From positions 3,296,001 to 3,360,000 of the forward strand of contig JASGHJ010000002.1 of NCBI GenBank assembly GCA_047602405.1: a stretch of DNA of 64,000 nucleotides, read 5' to 3'. Both the position numbers and the translations under genes were made by a program. Of the stretch, positions 41,436-51,616 are shown one piece after another. The notes below the pieces were generated by a model. That model saw only the letters and a list, made by a program, of their open reading frames with translations, made no database searches and had not been told where the DNA came from. The stretch comes from Anaeromyxobacteraceae bacterium (GTDB taxonomy: Bacteria; Myxococcota; Myxococcia; Myxococcales; Anaeromyxobacteraceae). How positions within the stretch are numbered: position 1 is the first letter of the stretch; each line of letters begins with the position of its first letter.

Positions 41436-41993
41436 TCACCAGTCCACGGCCACGTTCACGACGTCGGCGTAGCTGCCGTTGGGCGGCGTCGGGTTGAAGA
41501 GCCCCGAGTCGAAGATCCGCCCGTACACGGTGAAGGACTGCGTCGCGCCGGAGGCGACGCCCACCTGGCCGCGGGCGCCCACCGAGACGAGGCAGCCGAC
41601 GCGGCCGGGGACGCAGGCGCTGCCCCAGATCGTGGAGTGCGCGGGGTCCTGGTAGAGCTGGTAGGCGAGGAGCTGGAAGGGATTCCCGCCCGCGAGCCGC
41701 ATGTTGCGGGTGCCGAGGATGCCGCCGGGCCCGACGATGGGGACGTGGTTCTGGCCTTCCGAGATCTTCAGGAGGTAGTCGGTGCCCTCGGAGCACCGCA
41801 CCTCGATGGTGCCCTCCGCGGTGACGGCCGTTCCGGAGAACGCGCCGAACCCGACATCGGAGGCCTTCACGTCGGTGCACGCGCCGACGACGGTGGCGGT
41901 GACGTTCATGGAGGTGTTGATGGAGCCTGCGGACGCCTGGCTCGCGAGCAGCACGAGGCCTGCGAGGGCGGCGAGCGACAGCTTCGACTTCAT
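41436..41993 (-). CDS. Spore coat protein U (SCPU/Csu) pilin
   Basis: Signal peptide; V.ATVV..C, C..GT.Y, LAYQLY.D, VYGRI and G.Y.D.V.V motifs. Confidence 0.9.
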   Translation of the reverse strand: MKSKLSLAALAGLVLLASQASAGSINTSMNVTATVVGACTDVKASDVGFGAFSGTAVTAEGTIEVRCSEGTDYLLKISEGQNHVPIVGPGGILGTRNMRLAGGNPFQLLAYQLYQDPAHSTIWGSACVPGRVGCLVSVGARGQVGVASGATQSFTVYGRIFDSGLFNPTPPNGSYADVVNVAVDW

Positions 41994-42272
41994 GTGGGTG
42001 GGTCCTGTCTCGACCTGCGCAGGGGGACGCGGTCGCACGTAGCGTCACCCTGACCCCTGGTGAAAGACCACGCGCTCGCTTGGGGCGCGCCCTCCCGGTG
42101 GGGTGGCCCACCCGAGATTTGACGAGTGCACCCGGAGAGCGGTGGCGCGGATGTGCTAGCGAGCCGCGCTCGCAGGCGCGGAGCTCGGGCCGGCCGACCC
42201 GCACCACGGCCCGTGACAGGCCCCCCAGGGGCCCCTTCCTCTCTCCACGCACGATTCGATACCGTTCTCGCC

Positions 42273-43238
42273 ATGGCCCACTCCCGCGCCCTCGCGATCC
42301 TCGCGCTCGTCGCCCTCCCCGGACTGGCCCTCGGGGCCGACGGGTGGCGCGAGCTACGCACCGACCACTTCGTGCTCCTGACCGACGCCCCCGCGGGCGA
42401 GGCCCGCGAGACGCTCGACCGGCTCGAGGTGGTCCATGGCGCCGTCGAGGGCGCGCTCTTCTCCGGACCGCGCGCGAGCGCCCCGCTGCGCGTCGTCGCC
42501 TTCTCGAGCCGGCTCGACTTCGCCGAGCACGCCGGGGACGCGACGAGCGCCAGCGTGAGCGTCGGCGGCGAGCCGGCGATCCTCGTCCCCACCGGCGGCG
42601 ACGCGGCGGGGCTCCCGGCGCTCGTCGCGCGGCAGCTGCTGCGCGAGGCCTACCCGCGAGCGCCCATCTGGCTCGTCGACGGCCTCTCGGCCTGGGTGAA
42701 CACGCTGAACCCGACGGCCGCCTACCCGGGGGCGGGCCCCCGGGCCTCCGTCGATCCGGGCGGCCGGACCATGGCCGTCGGCGGGGTCCCGGCGTACGCG
42801 CTCGACCGCGTCCGGCCCTGGTTCGGCGGCCTCGCCCGCGTGCTCACGCGCCAGGAGCCGTTCCCGCGGACCTACGAGGAGCGCGGGCCCGACCTCGCCT
42901 GGGCGCTCGTGCACTACCTCCAGCAGCGCCACGCCAGCGCCTTCGTGGACTACCGGGCGCGGCTCGCCGCGGGGCGGGAGCCCGAGGCGGCCTGGCTCGA
43001 GGCCTTCCCGGCCTGGGATCCGAAGGACCGCGCCGCCATGAAGGCGCTCGACCGGGAGGTCGGCACCTACGTCACGCGCGGTGAGTTCGCCTACCGCAAG
43101 GTGCCGCTCGTCACGCCCTCCCTGGAGGTCCGCGAGCGCCCGCTCTCCGAGCACGAGGTGAAGGCGCTCCTGCGCGGGTTGCCGCTCGCCTGGAAGCCGC
43201 CCCGCTTCGGCACGCCCGAGCCCGGCGAGGGCTGCTGA
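42273..43238 (+). CDS. Secreted protein, DUF1570-like
   Basis: Signal peptide; W.EL.T.HF.L.TD, PIWL.DGL and AWALVHYL; no HExxH present. Confidence 0.65.
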   Translation: MAHSRALAILALVALPGLALGADGWRELRTDHFVLLTDAPAGEARETLDRLEVVHGAVEGALFSGPRASAPLRVVAFSSRLDFAEHAGDATSASVSVGGEPAILVPTGGDAAGLPALVARQLLREAYPRAPIWLVDGLSAWVNTLNPTAAYPGAGPRASVDPGGRTMAVGGVPAYALDRVRPWFGGLARVLTRQEPFPRTYEERGPDLAWALVHYLQQRHASAFVDYRARLAAGREPEAAWLEAFPAWDPKDRAAMKALDREVGTYVTRGEFAYRKVPLVTPSLEVRERPLSEHEVKALLRGLPLAWKPPRFGTPEPGEGC

Positions 43239-43388
43239 CGGTTCGCCGGCAGGCGCGCGGCGACCGGAACGCACGCCGAACTGGTCAGCGCGGCTCGACG
43301 GTCTGACCCCGGAACGACACCGCGGCCGGATCGTCCCGCACATGCCAGCCGCCAGCAGCTGCCCGTCGGGGCGGCGCCCCGATCCCCC

Positions 43389-43847
43389 TCACAGCCGCAG
43401 CGTCGCCACGAGCCGCCGCGGGTCCAGCAACAGATCCAGCCCGTCGTCGATCGAGAGCACGAGCACGTCCGCGGCGGTGGCGAGCGCGCCCGCCATGCCC
43501 TCCGCCCCCACCACCGCGATCCCGAGGTCGGCCGCGGCGAGCATCCCGGCGTCGTTCGCGCCGTTCCCCACCGCGACCACGCCCGCGCGCGTGGAGACGA
43601 AGCGGGCCTTGTCCCGCCCGGTCTTCACCTGGACGAGCTCGACCGGGAGCCCGGCGAGCGCGCGCGCCGCGAGCCCGTAGGTGTCGGCGGTGAGCACGGT
43701 CACCTCGAGCAGGCGGGAGAGCGACACGAGGCGCTTCTTCACCCCGGGGAGGACCCGGCCGCGCGCGGCGATGGTGCCGTTGAGATCGAGGGCGAGGTGC
43801 TCGAGCCTGAGCGACGTGCGGCCGGGCACCTTCACGGTGAGCGCCAT
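43389..43847 (-). CDS. HAD-superfamily hydrolase (soluble P-type ATPase-like)
   Basis: DLNGT, LTADTYG and GNGAND motifs. Confidence 0.88.
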   Translation of the reverse strand: MALTVKVPGRTSLRLEHLALDLNGTIAARGRVLPGVKKRLVSLSRLLEVTVLTADTYGLAARALAGLPVELVQVKTGRDKARFVSTRAGVVAVGNGANDAGMLAAADLGIAVVGAEGMAGALATAADVLVLSIDDGLDLLLDPRRLVATLRL

Positions 43848-43856
43848 CCGGCGAGG

Positions 43857-46429
43857 TTAGCGTTTCGCGAGCCGCCTGTGCAGGCGATCGAGCGCCGAGA
43901 CGAGGTCCGGCCGCTCCTCGAGCACCGGCCGCAGCGGGTCGTCGCCGAGCCGCTCCGCCCGCGCGAGCGCGTTCCGGATGGTGAACCTCGCGGGATCGAG
44001 CTTCCCGTTCACCTCGCTCCACTTCAGGGGGGTCGAGACCGGCGCACCCGGCCGGGGCCGCACCGTGTACGGCGCGGCGATGGTCTTGCCGTGCCCGTTC
44101 TGGAGGAAGTCCAGGTAGACCTTCCCGCCCCGCGCGCCGACCGCGCGGGCGGTCGTCGAGATGTCGCCGTGCTCCGCCTCGAGCGCGCGGGCGAGGAGCT
44201 CCGCGAGCGTGCGCGACTGCTCGTGGGTGAGCTGGCCTCCGAGCGGCACGAGCACGTGCAGGCCCTTCTGCCCGGTGGTCTTGCAGTAGGAGGGCAGGCC
44301 GAGCTCGTCACAGAGGGCGTGCGTCGCCTTCGCGAGCTTCACCACGTGCGCGAAGGGCGCCTCCTTCGGATCGAGGTCGACGATGCACCAGTCCGGGCGC
44401 TCGAGCGACCCCGTGCCGCCCGGGCGCGGGGCCCGGCTCGACCAGACGTGGATGGGGATGGTGCCGGTGTTCGCGATCCGAGGCGAGCCCATCCTCGTCG
44501 TCGACGAGGAAGTACTGGATGTCGCGGTCGGTGTCGCTCGCGTGGATGGTGACGGTCCGGATCCAGTCCGGCGCCCACTCCGGCGCGTCCTTCTGGAAGA
44601 AGCTCTTCCCCTCGATGCCGTCGGGGTAGCGGGTGAGGACGAGCGGCCGGTCCTTCAGGAACGGCAGCATGAACGGCGCGATGGCGCGGTGGTAGGCGAA
44701 GAGGTCCGCCTTCGTGATCCCCTCGCCGGGGAAGAAGACCTTGTCGCCGTTCGTGACCTGGACCCGGGGCTTCGAACCGACGACAGCCGACGGCTTCCCT
44801 TCACCGTTCGTACCGAGCGTAGCCCCGGGACGCGGAGCGTCCCCGGGGCGGAGACGAGGTACGTCCCGCACCGCCTCCTCCACCTTCTTGTCGTCCCGCA
44901 CGCGCACGAAGACGGGATGCCGGAGCAGCCCCTCGTCGGTCCACTCGCGGTAGCTCACCTCGACGACGAGCCCGGGGCTCGACCCAGGTGTTCCCCTTCC
45001 CCCTCGGCACCGGACCTCCGCACGGAGGCGTGGCCCGCGCGCGCGGCGCGAGCCGCGCGTGGATCGCGTCGAGGAGCTTCCCGTCGAAGCCGGTCCCGAC
45101 CGAGCCCGCGTACACGAGCCCGCTCCCGTCGAAGACCGCGAGGTGCAGGGCACCGAACCGCGCCCGCGCGCCCTTCGGCGCGGTGAAGCCGACCACCGCG
45201 AAGTCCCCCGCCTTCGTGGTCCGGACCTTGAGCCACGCGCCGGAGCGGCCGGCGCGGTAGGGCGCGTCGGCCTTCTTCGCCATGACGCCCTCGAGGCCCA
45301 TCGCCTGGACCCTCTCGAAGAGCGCGACGCCCGCCCCCGGCACGTGGTCGGCGTAGCGGAGCGCGCCGAGCTTCGGGAGGAGCTTCGCGAGCACCTCCTT
45401 CCGCGCGAGGAGCGGCAGGTGCCGGAGGTCGAGGTCGCCGACCGAGAGGAGGTCGAACGCGAAGAGCGTCGCCGGCCGCTCGAGCGCGGCGCGCGCGACG
45501 TCGTCGGCGCGGCCGGCCTGCGCGCGCCCCTGCAGCTTCTGGAAGCTCGGGCGGCCGTCCGGCTCGAGCACCACCACCTCGCCGTCGAGCCGCGCGTCCA
45601 CCGGCAGCGCCGCCACCGCGCGGGCGAGCTCCGGGTAGAGCGCGGTCGCGTCCTGGCCGCTGCGGTACGAGAGCGTCACCCGCGCGCCGCGCCGCTCCGC
45701 GGCCAGGCGGTAGCCGTCGTACTTGAGCTCGAAGAGCCAGCCCGGATCGTCGAAGGGCGCGTCGCGCGACTGCGCCAGCATGGGCTCGAGCGGGATCTGC
45801 CCCGCGAGCGGCCGCGCCCCGAGCCGGCGCGCCTCCCCGAGCACCTCGCCCGCGCGCGAGGCGCCCTGCGCGAGCTCCTCCACCGTGAGCCCGGAGAGCA
45901 CCGAGGCCTCCTGGAACGGGCGGTCCTTCCCGGCCCAGCCGTCGCCCCGGTGCTTCATGAGGAGCCACTGCTGCTTCCCGCCCTCCTGCTTCTTCGTGCG
46001 GACGAGCGTCCACTCCCCGCGCAGCTTGTAGCCCTCGAGCGTGAAGACGAGCTTCCCAACGCGCAGCCCCTCCTCCGGATCGGCGTCCACCGGGCGCCAG
46101 GTCCCCCGGTCCCAGAGGATGACCGCGCCGGCGCCGTAGTTGCCCGCCGGGATGAGCCCCTCGAAGCCCGCGTACTCGACCGGATGGTCCTCGACCTCGA
46201 CCGCCATGCGCTTCTCGGCGGGATCGGCCGACGGGCCCTTCGGCACCGCCCAGCTGCGCAGCGTCCCGCCGAGCTCGAGGCGGAAGTCCCAGTGCAGCCG
46301 CCGCGCGGCGTGCTTCTGGACGACGAACAGGCGCGCGCCGTCCTGGCCCGGCGCCGCGGCCGGGCCGAACGGCTCCGGCGTGCGGCCGGGGTCGCGCTTC
46401 TTGCGGTAGCGGTCGAGGCGGTCGGGCAT
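43857..46429 (-). CDS. ligD: NHEJ DNA ligase D, PE-LIG-POL order (apparent +1 frameshifts near 44974 and 44480)
   Basis: QKHAARRLHWDFRLE (PE); ELKYDGYR and EGVMAK (ligase); RYPDG..FFQK, DLDP and KTTG.KGLH (polymerase). Confidence 0.93.
44804..44862 (-). repeat. REP-like palindrome inside the ligD coding sequence
   Basis: GTACCTCGTCTCCGCCCC-hairpin-GGGGCTACGCTCGGTACGAACGG, read as VPRLRPGDAPRPGATLGTNG. Confidence 0.75.
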
Positions 46430-46453
46430 GCGCCTGCCTGTGAACCGAATCTA

Positions 46454-47647
46454 AACGACCGTTCGTGATTCGCGATCAGCGGCAAGGCCGCGGACCGCAG
46501 GGAGAAAGTTGAAAGGGAAGGTCAACCCATCGATCGTTGCGGTTGCGAGACCAGCAGCGAACTCGGAGGAGACCTTCCCGTGCACAACATACCGCGGCTC
46601 GATCGTGCCGTGCGACGCAGACTGATCCGCCGCGCCAAGAAGGCCAAGGACCCGCACACCGCCCTCCGCTTCCTCATGATCGCCAAGCTCGGACAGGGAC
46701 TCTCTCGACAGCAGGTCGCCCGCGACCTCGCCTGCGTCCCGTCCACCGTGGTGAAGGCGGCGCAGCGGTTCGCCGACGCTGGGGAGGAGGGCCTGCTCGA
46801 TCAGCGCGCCTTCAACGGCGTCCGCAAGGTGGACCTCCGGTTCAAGGAGGAGCTCGAGCGGGTTCTGCACTCGGTCCCGACCGAGTTCGGCTGGCAGCGC
46901 ACGACCTGGACCCGCGAGCTGCTCGGCTGCGAGCTGGAGCGGCGCCAGCTCCCGCGAGTGGCTCCGTGCACGATGGGCCGGGCGCTCTCCGCGATTGGGG
47001 CGCGGCTCAGGATGCCGAAGCCGACGGTCGCCTGCCCCTGGGAAACAGGTCGCAGGAAGCGCGTGCTGGCGAGGTTGCGTCGCGTCGCCAGGAACGCCAC
47101 GCCGGAGGAGCCGGTCTTCTACGAGGACGAGATGGACGTCCATCTCAACCCGAAGATCGGTCGCGACTGGATGCCGAGAGGGCTCCGGCGCTACGTGCTC
47201 ACGCCCGGCCAGAACAGGAAGCGGTTCGTCGCCGGTGCGCTCAACGCCACGACCCGCAGGATGACCTGGGTGGAGGCGCCGACCAAGGCGAGCGAGCTCT
47301 TCCACAAGCTCGTGTGGAAGCTCCTGGGCGAGTACCGCGCTGCGCGGCGCATCCACCTCATCCTCGACAACTACATCATCCACTCGAGCAAGAAGACAAA
47401 GCGCTTCCTCGCCCAGTTCGGCGACCGCGTCGTGCTGCACTTCCTGCCCCCGTACTGCCCCGACGACAACCGCATCGAGCGCGTGTGGCTCGACCTGCAC
47501 GCCAACGTGACGCGCAATCACCGCTGCAAGACGATCGAGGAACTGATGGTCCAAGTCATCGCCTTCCTGCGCGCCTACAACCAGCGGAAGAAGCTCAACC
47601 CTTCACTCAAGCTCGCGGCCGGTGTTTCCGGATCGCGATCGGTCGTT
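46454..47647 (+). mobile_element. Complete IS630-family insertion sequence
   Basis: IRs aacgaccgttcgtgattcg / aacgaccgatcgcgatccg; TA duplicated at 46452-46453 and 47648-47649 within a CTAG target. Confidence 0.92.
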
Positions 47648-47650
47648 TAG
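46580..47650 (+). CDS. IS630-family transposase
   Basis: HTH N-terminus; YEDE, LILDNY.IH and FLPPYCPDDNRIERVW motifs. Confidence 0.95.
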   Translation: MHNIPRLDRAVRRRLIRRAKKAKDPHTALRFLMIAKLGQGLSRQQVARDLACVPSTVVKAAQRFADAGEEGLLDQRAFNGVRKVDLRFKEELERVLHSVPTEFGWQRTTWTRELLGCELERRQLPRVAPCTMGRALSAIGARLRMPKPTVACPWETGRRKRVLARLRRVARNATPEEPVFYEDEMDVHLNPKIGRDWMPRGLRRYVLTPGQNRKRFVAGALNATTRRMTWVEAPTKASELFHKLVWKLLGEYRAARRIHLILDNYIIHSSKKTKRFLAQFGDRVVLHFLPPYCPDDNRIERVWLDLHANVTRNHRCKTIEELMVQVIAFLRAYNQRKKLNPSLKLAAGVSGSRSVV

Positions 47651-47750
47651 GCCGGCGCCGGGCCCCGCGCAGGGCGTGTCGCTCCGAACCCGATATCGGA
47701 CGCCAGCGGAAAGGGCGCGCGCTTGCGCGCACCTCTATTATACTTCTCGC

Positions 47751-48705
47751 GTGGCCCCTCGCTCCGTCGCCACCGGCACCATCTCCTTCGGGCTCGTCTC
47801 GATCCCCGTGCGCCTCTACGCGGCGACGCAGCCCTCGGCGTCCATCTCCTTCAACCTGCTCCACGCGAAGGACGGCTCGCGCCTGAAGCAGCACTACACG
47901 TGCGCGAAGGACGGCGAGAAGGTCGAACGCGACGAGATGGTGAAGGGCTACGAGTTCGCGAAGGACCGCTACGTCACCTTCACGGGCGAGGAGCTGAAGG
48001 CGCTCGACGAGATCGCGTCCCAGACGATCGACATCGCCGAGTTCGTGCCCGCCTCCGAGGTCGACCCGGTCTACTTCGAGAAGGCCTACCACCTCGGCCC
48101 GGACAAGGGCGGCGGCAAGGCCTACAAGCTCCTCGCGCTCGCGCTCGAGAAGAGCGGCAAGGCCGCGATCGCGCGCTACGCCGCCCGCGGCAAGCAGTAC
48201 CTCACCCTCATCCGCGCCCGGGCCGGCCGGCTGCTCCTGCAGCAGCTCTACTACGCCGACGAGGTCCGCCCGCTCGACGAGGTCGAGGTCGACGACGCGC
48301 AGGTGAAGGACCAGGAGGTCCAGCTCGCGCTGCAGCTCATCGAGCAGACCGCGAACGCGCGCTTCGAGCCCGAGAAGTACGAGGACTCGGTGAAGCAGCG
48401 CGTCCTCGAGGCCATCGAGCGGAAGGTCCAGGGCCAGGAGATCCAGAATCTCGGCGCCGGTCGAGCCGCAGGCCCAGGTCATCGACCTCATGGAGGCCCT
48501 CAAGGCGAGCCTCGCCGCGCCCGGGGCCTCGACCGCGCCGGCCGCCGCCCACGCGGAGGCCGCGCCGCCCAGGTCGGGGCACGCCGCCCCCGCCGAGCCC
48601 GCCAACGAGGCCGCACCCCAGGCGGACACCGGCCGCCGGGCCGCGCGCCGCGCCCAGGCCGCGAGCCACGCGCCCGCGAAGAAGAAGACCACTTCCCGCA
48701 AGTAG
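47751..48705 (+). CDS. ku: NHEJ Ku protein (apparent +1 frameshift at 48447)
   Basis: GTISFGLVSIPV.LY.A and VKGYE; continues after one-base removal as QVIDLMEALKASL with a basic tail. Confidence 0.93.
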
Positions 48706-48711
48706 GCGAGC

Positions 48712-49554
48712 GTGCCATCTTCCGGCGGCGTGTGGGGCTACGGCACCGAAGACGTCGCGCGCATGCTCGAGCTCTCGCCGGGCCAGGTGCGCAAGCTCGC
48801 CTCGGCGGGGTTCGTGACCCCCGCGCGCGGGCCCAAGAACACCCTGCGCTTCTCCTTCCAGGACCTCGTGCTGCTCCGCGCCGCGGCCGGGCTCGTGCAC
48901 GCCCGGGTGCCGGTGCCACGCATCCGCCGCGCGATGTCGGCGCTGCGCGCACAGCTCCCCGAGGGACGCCCGCTCGCGGCCGTGCGCGTCGCCGCCGACG
49001 GCCGGAACGTCGTCGTGCAGGACGGCGGGTCCCGCTGGCAGCCCGCGACCGGCCAGGTGCTGCTCGACTTCGAGGTGAAGGACCTCGCGCGCAAGGTCGC
49101 GCCGATCGTGCGCGCCGCCGCGAAGGCGCGCGGCCCGGCGCCGCTCGACGCCGAGAGCTGGTACCGGTGGGGCTGCGATCTCGAGGACGGCGCCCCCAAG
49201 GAAGCCCGCGCCGCCTACCGCCGCGCGCTCGCCGCCGATCCCGACCACGCCGGAGCGCACCTCAACCTCGGGCGGCTCCTCCACGAGGACGGCGACCCCC
49301 GCGGCGCCGAGCTGCACTACCGCCTCGCCCTCGCCTCCCCCGAGCACGGCGCGCTCGCGCAGTTCAACCTCGGCGTCGCGCTCGAGGACCAGGGGCTGCA
49401 CGACGAGGCCCTGCTCGCCTACGCGCGCGCGCTCGAGGTGGACGCCGCGCTCGCCGACGCGCACTTCAACGCGAGCCGGCTCCTCGAGCGCATGGGCAAG
49501 CAGGCCGACGCGCTCCGCCACCTCGCGGCGTACCGGCGGCTGACGGTGCGGTAA
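48712..49554 (+). CDS. MerR-like HTH plus TPR protein
   Basis: Y..EDVARML.LS...FSFQDLVLLR.A, TGQ.LLDF, then TPRs (AHLNLGRL, FNLGVALED). Confidence 0.85.
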   Translation: MPSSGGVWGYGTEDVARMLELSPGQVRKLASAGFVTPARGPKNTLRFSFQDLVLLRAAAGLVHARVPVPRIRRAMSALRAQLPEGRPLAAVRVAADGRNVVVQDGGSRWQPATGQVLLDFEVKDLARKVAPIVRAAAKARGPAPLDAESWYRWGCDLEDGAPKEARAAYRRALAADPDHAGAHLNLGRLLHEDGDPRGAELHYRLALASPEHGALAQFNLGVALEDQGLHDEALLAYARALEVDAALADAHFNASRLLERMGKQADALRHLAAYRRLTVR

Positions 49555-49654
49555 CGGCTGCGGGGAGGCCGGCGGTCGACACCGTGCCGGCAGGTCACGA
49601 GGCCACGCCCTCCGGCGGGCCTGCAACCTGCCCACTTCACTCGGGGAGCGCGCC

Positions 49655-49670
49655 GGGCACGGGATTTGCT
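49655..49670 (+). promoter_or_regulatory. sigma-54-type promoter
   Basis: gGGCACgggatTTGCT (GG-N10-GC) just upstream of the ATG at 49683. Confidence 0.55.
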
Positions 49671-49682
49671 GATCGTGCGCGC

Positions 49683-50168
49683 ATGACCGGCTCGCGCTCC
49701 CGGGTCGCTCTCGTGCTCCTCCTGACGACGCAGGCCGGCTGCTTGCATCGGCTGTCGCGCCAGGTGAACGGCAAGGACACCGCCGAGCGGGCCGGGGAGC
49801 CCGACTCGTACTCGCTCGTCGGCGAGGTCAGGGACTTCGCCACGATGGCGGTCGTCCCCGGTGCGGTGGTGGAGGCCACCTCGGACGTGCCCGGCTACGT
49901 GCCCAAGGTCACGATGGACGGCCACGGCGGTTTCGTCGTCACGGTGGCCATGGTCCCCAGGCACAACACCGGCCAGGAGCAGCTCGTGAAGGGCCTGATC
50001 GTCGGTGACCCCTACCTCGGAGAGCGCCTCGTGCGCGAGGTCGGCCTGCGCGCACGGGCCGGGACCCGCTGCTCCCCGGTGCTCCGGCAGGCGCCCCGCG
50101 AGTTCCCCCGGAAGCCGTTCTTCCTCTGGCTCGAGGACTGCGCCGGCCAGGAATCGACACACCGTTGA
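49683..50168 (+). CDS. Hypothetical lipoprotein
   Basis: Signal peptide ending in QAGC. Confidence 0.6.
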   Translation: MTGSRSRVALVLLLTTQAGCLHRLSRQVNGKDTAERAGEPDSYSLVGEVRDFATMAVVPGAVVEATSDVPGYVPKVTMDGHGGFVVTVAMVPRHNTGQEQLVKGLIVGDPYLGERLVREVGLRARAGTRCSPVLRQAPREFPRKPFFLWLEDCAGQESTHR

Positions 50169-50194
50169 CCGTCCTCGCGGTATGACCTCGCGCC

Positions 50195-50449
50195 ATGCCG
50201 CCGAAGGCCCCGCCCCTCTTCATCCGCATCCCGCCCGAGGAGCGCGTCCGCCTCGAGGAGCTGACCCGCGGCATCGAGACGCTCGACGGCGCCGTCGCGC
50301 GCCTCGGCGAGCCGGACACCCGCGCCCGCCTCGGCGGCCACGCGGAGCTCTGCTACGGGCGGCTCTCGGAGGTCGCCGAGATCCGCGTGAGCGGCTTCGG
50401 CGGCCAGGGCGTGCTGGTGTCGATCGTGCCGAGGGCCGCGAGGCGGTGA
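50195..50449 (+). CDS. Hypothetical protein
   Basis: Typical codon usage. Confidence 0.6.
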   Translation: MPPKAPPLFIRIPPEERVRLEELTRGIETLDGAVARLGEPDTRARLGGHAELCYGRLSEVAEIRVSGFGGQGVLVSIVPRAARR

Positions 50450-50547
50450 CTGAGCGGCCGCCGGGGCCCTGAGGCCCCGGGGCGCCGGCGAAACGTCCGC
50501 CGAATCAAGTTACTGTCCGTGAATGTTCACCGGCCCCATAAGCGCGA

Positions 50548-50579
50548 CGGGCAGGGCCGCGCGGACACGGCCCTGCCCG
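50548..50579. terminator. Hairpin between convergent units
   Basis: cgggcagggccg-N8-cggccctgcccg. Confidence 0.6.
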
Positions 50580-50599
50580 AAGACACGTGAAGAACCGCC

Positions 50600-51589
50600 C
50601 TAGTACCCCTGCGGCGGCGGCCGGGGCGCGGTGCGCGGCGGCACGACCGAGGTGTTCCGCACGGCCTCGGCCGGCGTCGCGGTCTTCAGGACGTTCATGG
50701 CCGCGGCGATCATGCCGCCGACGTCGGAGAGGGTGGCGGGCAGGATCACCGTGTTGTTGGTCTTCGCGAGGTTGCCGAACTCCTTCACGTACTGCTCGGC
50801 GACGCGCAGCTGGACGGCCTCGATGCCGCCCTGCGAGGAGATCGACTCGGCCACCTTGCGCAGGCCCTCGGCGGTCGCGGTGGCGATCGCCATGATGGCC
50901 TGCGCCTGGCCGTCGGCCTCGTTGATCTGGCGCTGGCGGTGGGCCTCGGACTCCTTGATGACCTGCTGCTTCTTGCCCTCGGCGTTGTTGATGGCGGCGT
51001 CGCGCTCGCCCTCGGAGGTGAGGATGACGGCGCGCTTCTCCCGCTCGGCCCGCATCTGCTTCTCCATCGCGGCGAGCACGTCCTGGGGCGGGGTGATGTT
51101 CTTGATCTCGTAGCGCAGCACCTTCACGCCCCAGGGGTTCGTCGCCTTGTCGAGCTCGGCGACGACCTGGCTGTTGATGTGGGCGCGCTCCTCGAAGGTG
51201 CGGTCGAGCTCGATCTTGCCGATCTCGCTGCGCAGCGTGGTCTGCGCCAGCTGGGTGATGGCGTAGTAGTAGTCGCCGATGCCGTAGGACGCGCGCTGCG
51301 CGTCGAGCACCTTGAGGTAGAGCACCCCGTCGACCGCCACGGTCACGTTGTCGCGGGTGATGCAGGTCTGCTCGGGAATGTCGAGCGCCTGCTCCTTCAG
51401 CGTGTGCTTGTAGCGGATGGCGTCGATGAACGGCAGGAGGATGTGGAAGCCGGCGTCGAGGACGGCGTTGAACTTGCCGAGCCGCTCGACGACGTAGGCG
51501 TTCTGCTGCGGCACCACCACCGCCGTGCGGATGATGACGATGACCGCGAAGATCGCGAGAAGGATGACGACCGCGAGGCCGAATTCCAT
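50600..51589 (-). CDS. SPFH/stomatin-like protein
   Basis: VVERLGKF, CITRDNV and MEKQMRAEREKRA motifs. Confidence 0.93.
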   Translation of the reverse strand: MEFGLAVVILLAIFAVIVIIRTAVVVPQQNAYVVERLGKFNAVLDAGFHILLPFIDAIRYKHTLKEQALDIPEQTCITRDNVTVAVDGVLYLKVLDAQRASYGIGDYYYAITQLAQTTLRSEIGKIELDRTFEERAHINSQVVAELDKATNPWGVKVLRYEIKNITPPQDVLAAMEKQMRAEREKRAVILTSEGERDAAINNAEGKKQQVIKESEAHRQRQINEADGQAQAIMAIATATAEGLRKVAESISSQGGIEAVQLRVAEQYVKEFGNLAKTNNTVILPATLSDVGGMIAAAMNVLKTATPAEAVRNTSVVPPRTAPRPPPQGY

Positions 51590-51616
51590 GGGGTCACCTC
51601 GAACCGACGCTGAAGT

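Noticed and set aside
41994..42272. c-di-GMP or other riboswitch upstream of the pilin
   Set aside because: Only a short GAAA-type hairpin is present; conserved aptamer motifs were not found
31280..43238. tRNA-anchored genomic island
   Set aside because: Accessory-looking genes follow the tRNA, but I found no integrase and no duplicated tRNA 3' end
43277..43310. Third remnant of the HNH element (ccgaactgg ... cggtctgac)
   Set aside because: Only two 9-nt matches, which is too short to support in GC-rich DNA
43857..48705. NHEJ locus as true pseudogenes
   Set aside because: Catalytic motifs are intact, I saw no in-frame stops or decay, and the breaks fit the window-wide +1 error pattern. Resequencing is needed to be certain.
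47622..50168. 848-aa ORF that looks like a Ku fusion
   Set aside because: Produced by the +1 frameshift at 48447 reading through three separate genes
50493..50532. AT-rich patch as a dif site
   Set aside because: The right arm does not resemble the XerD consensus TTATGTTAAAT
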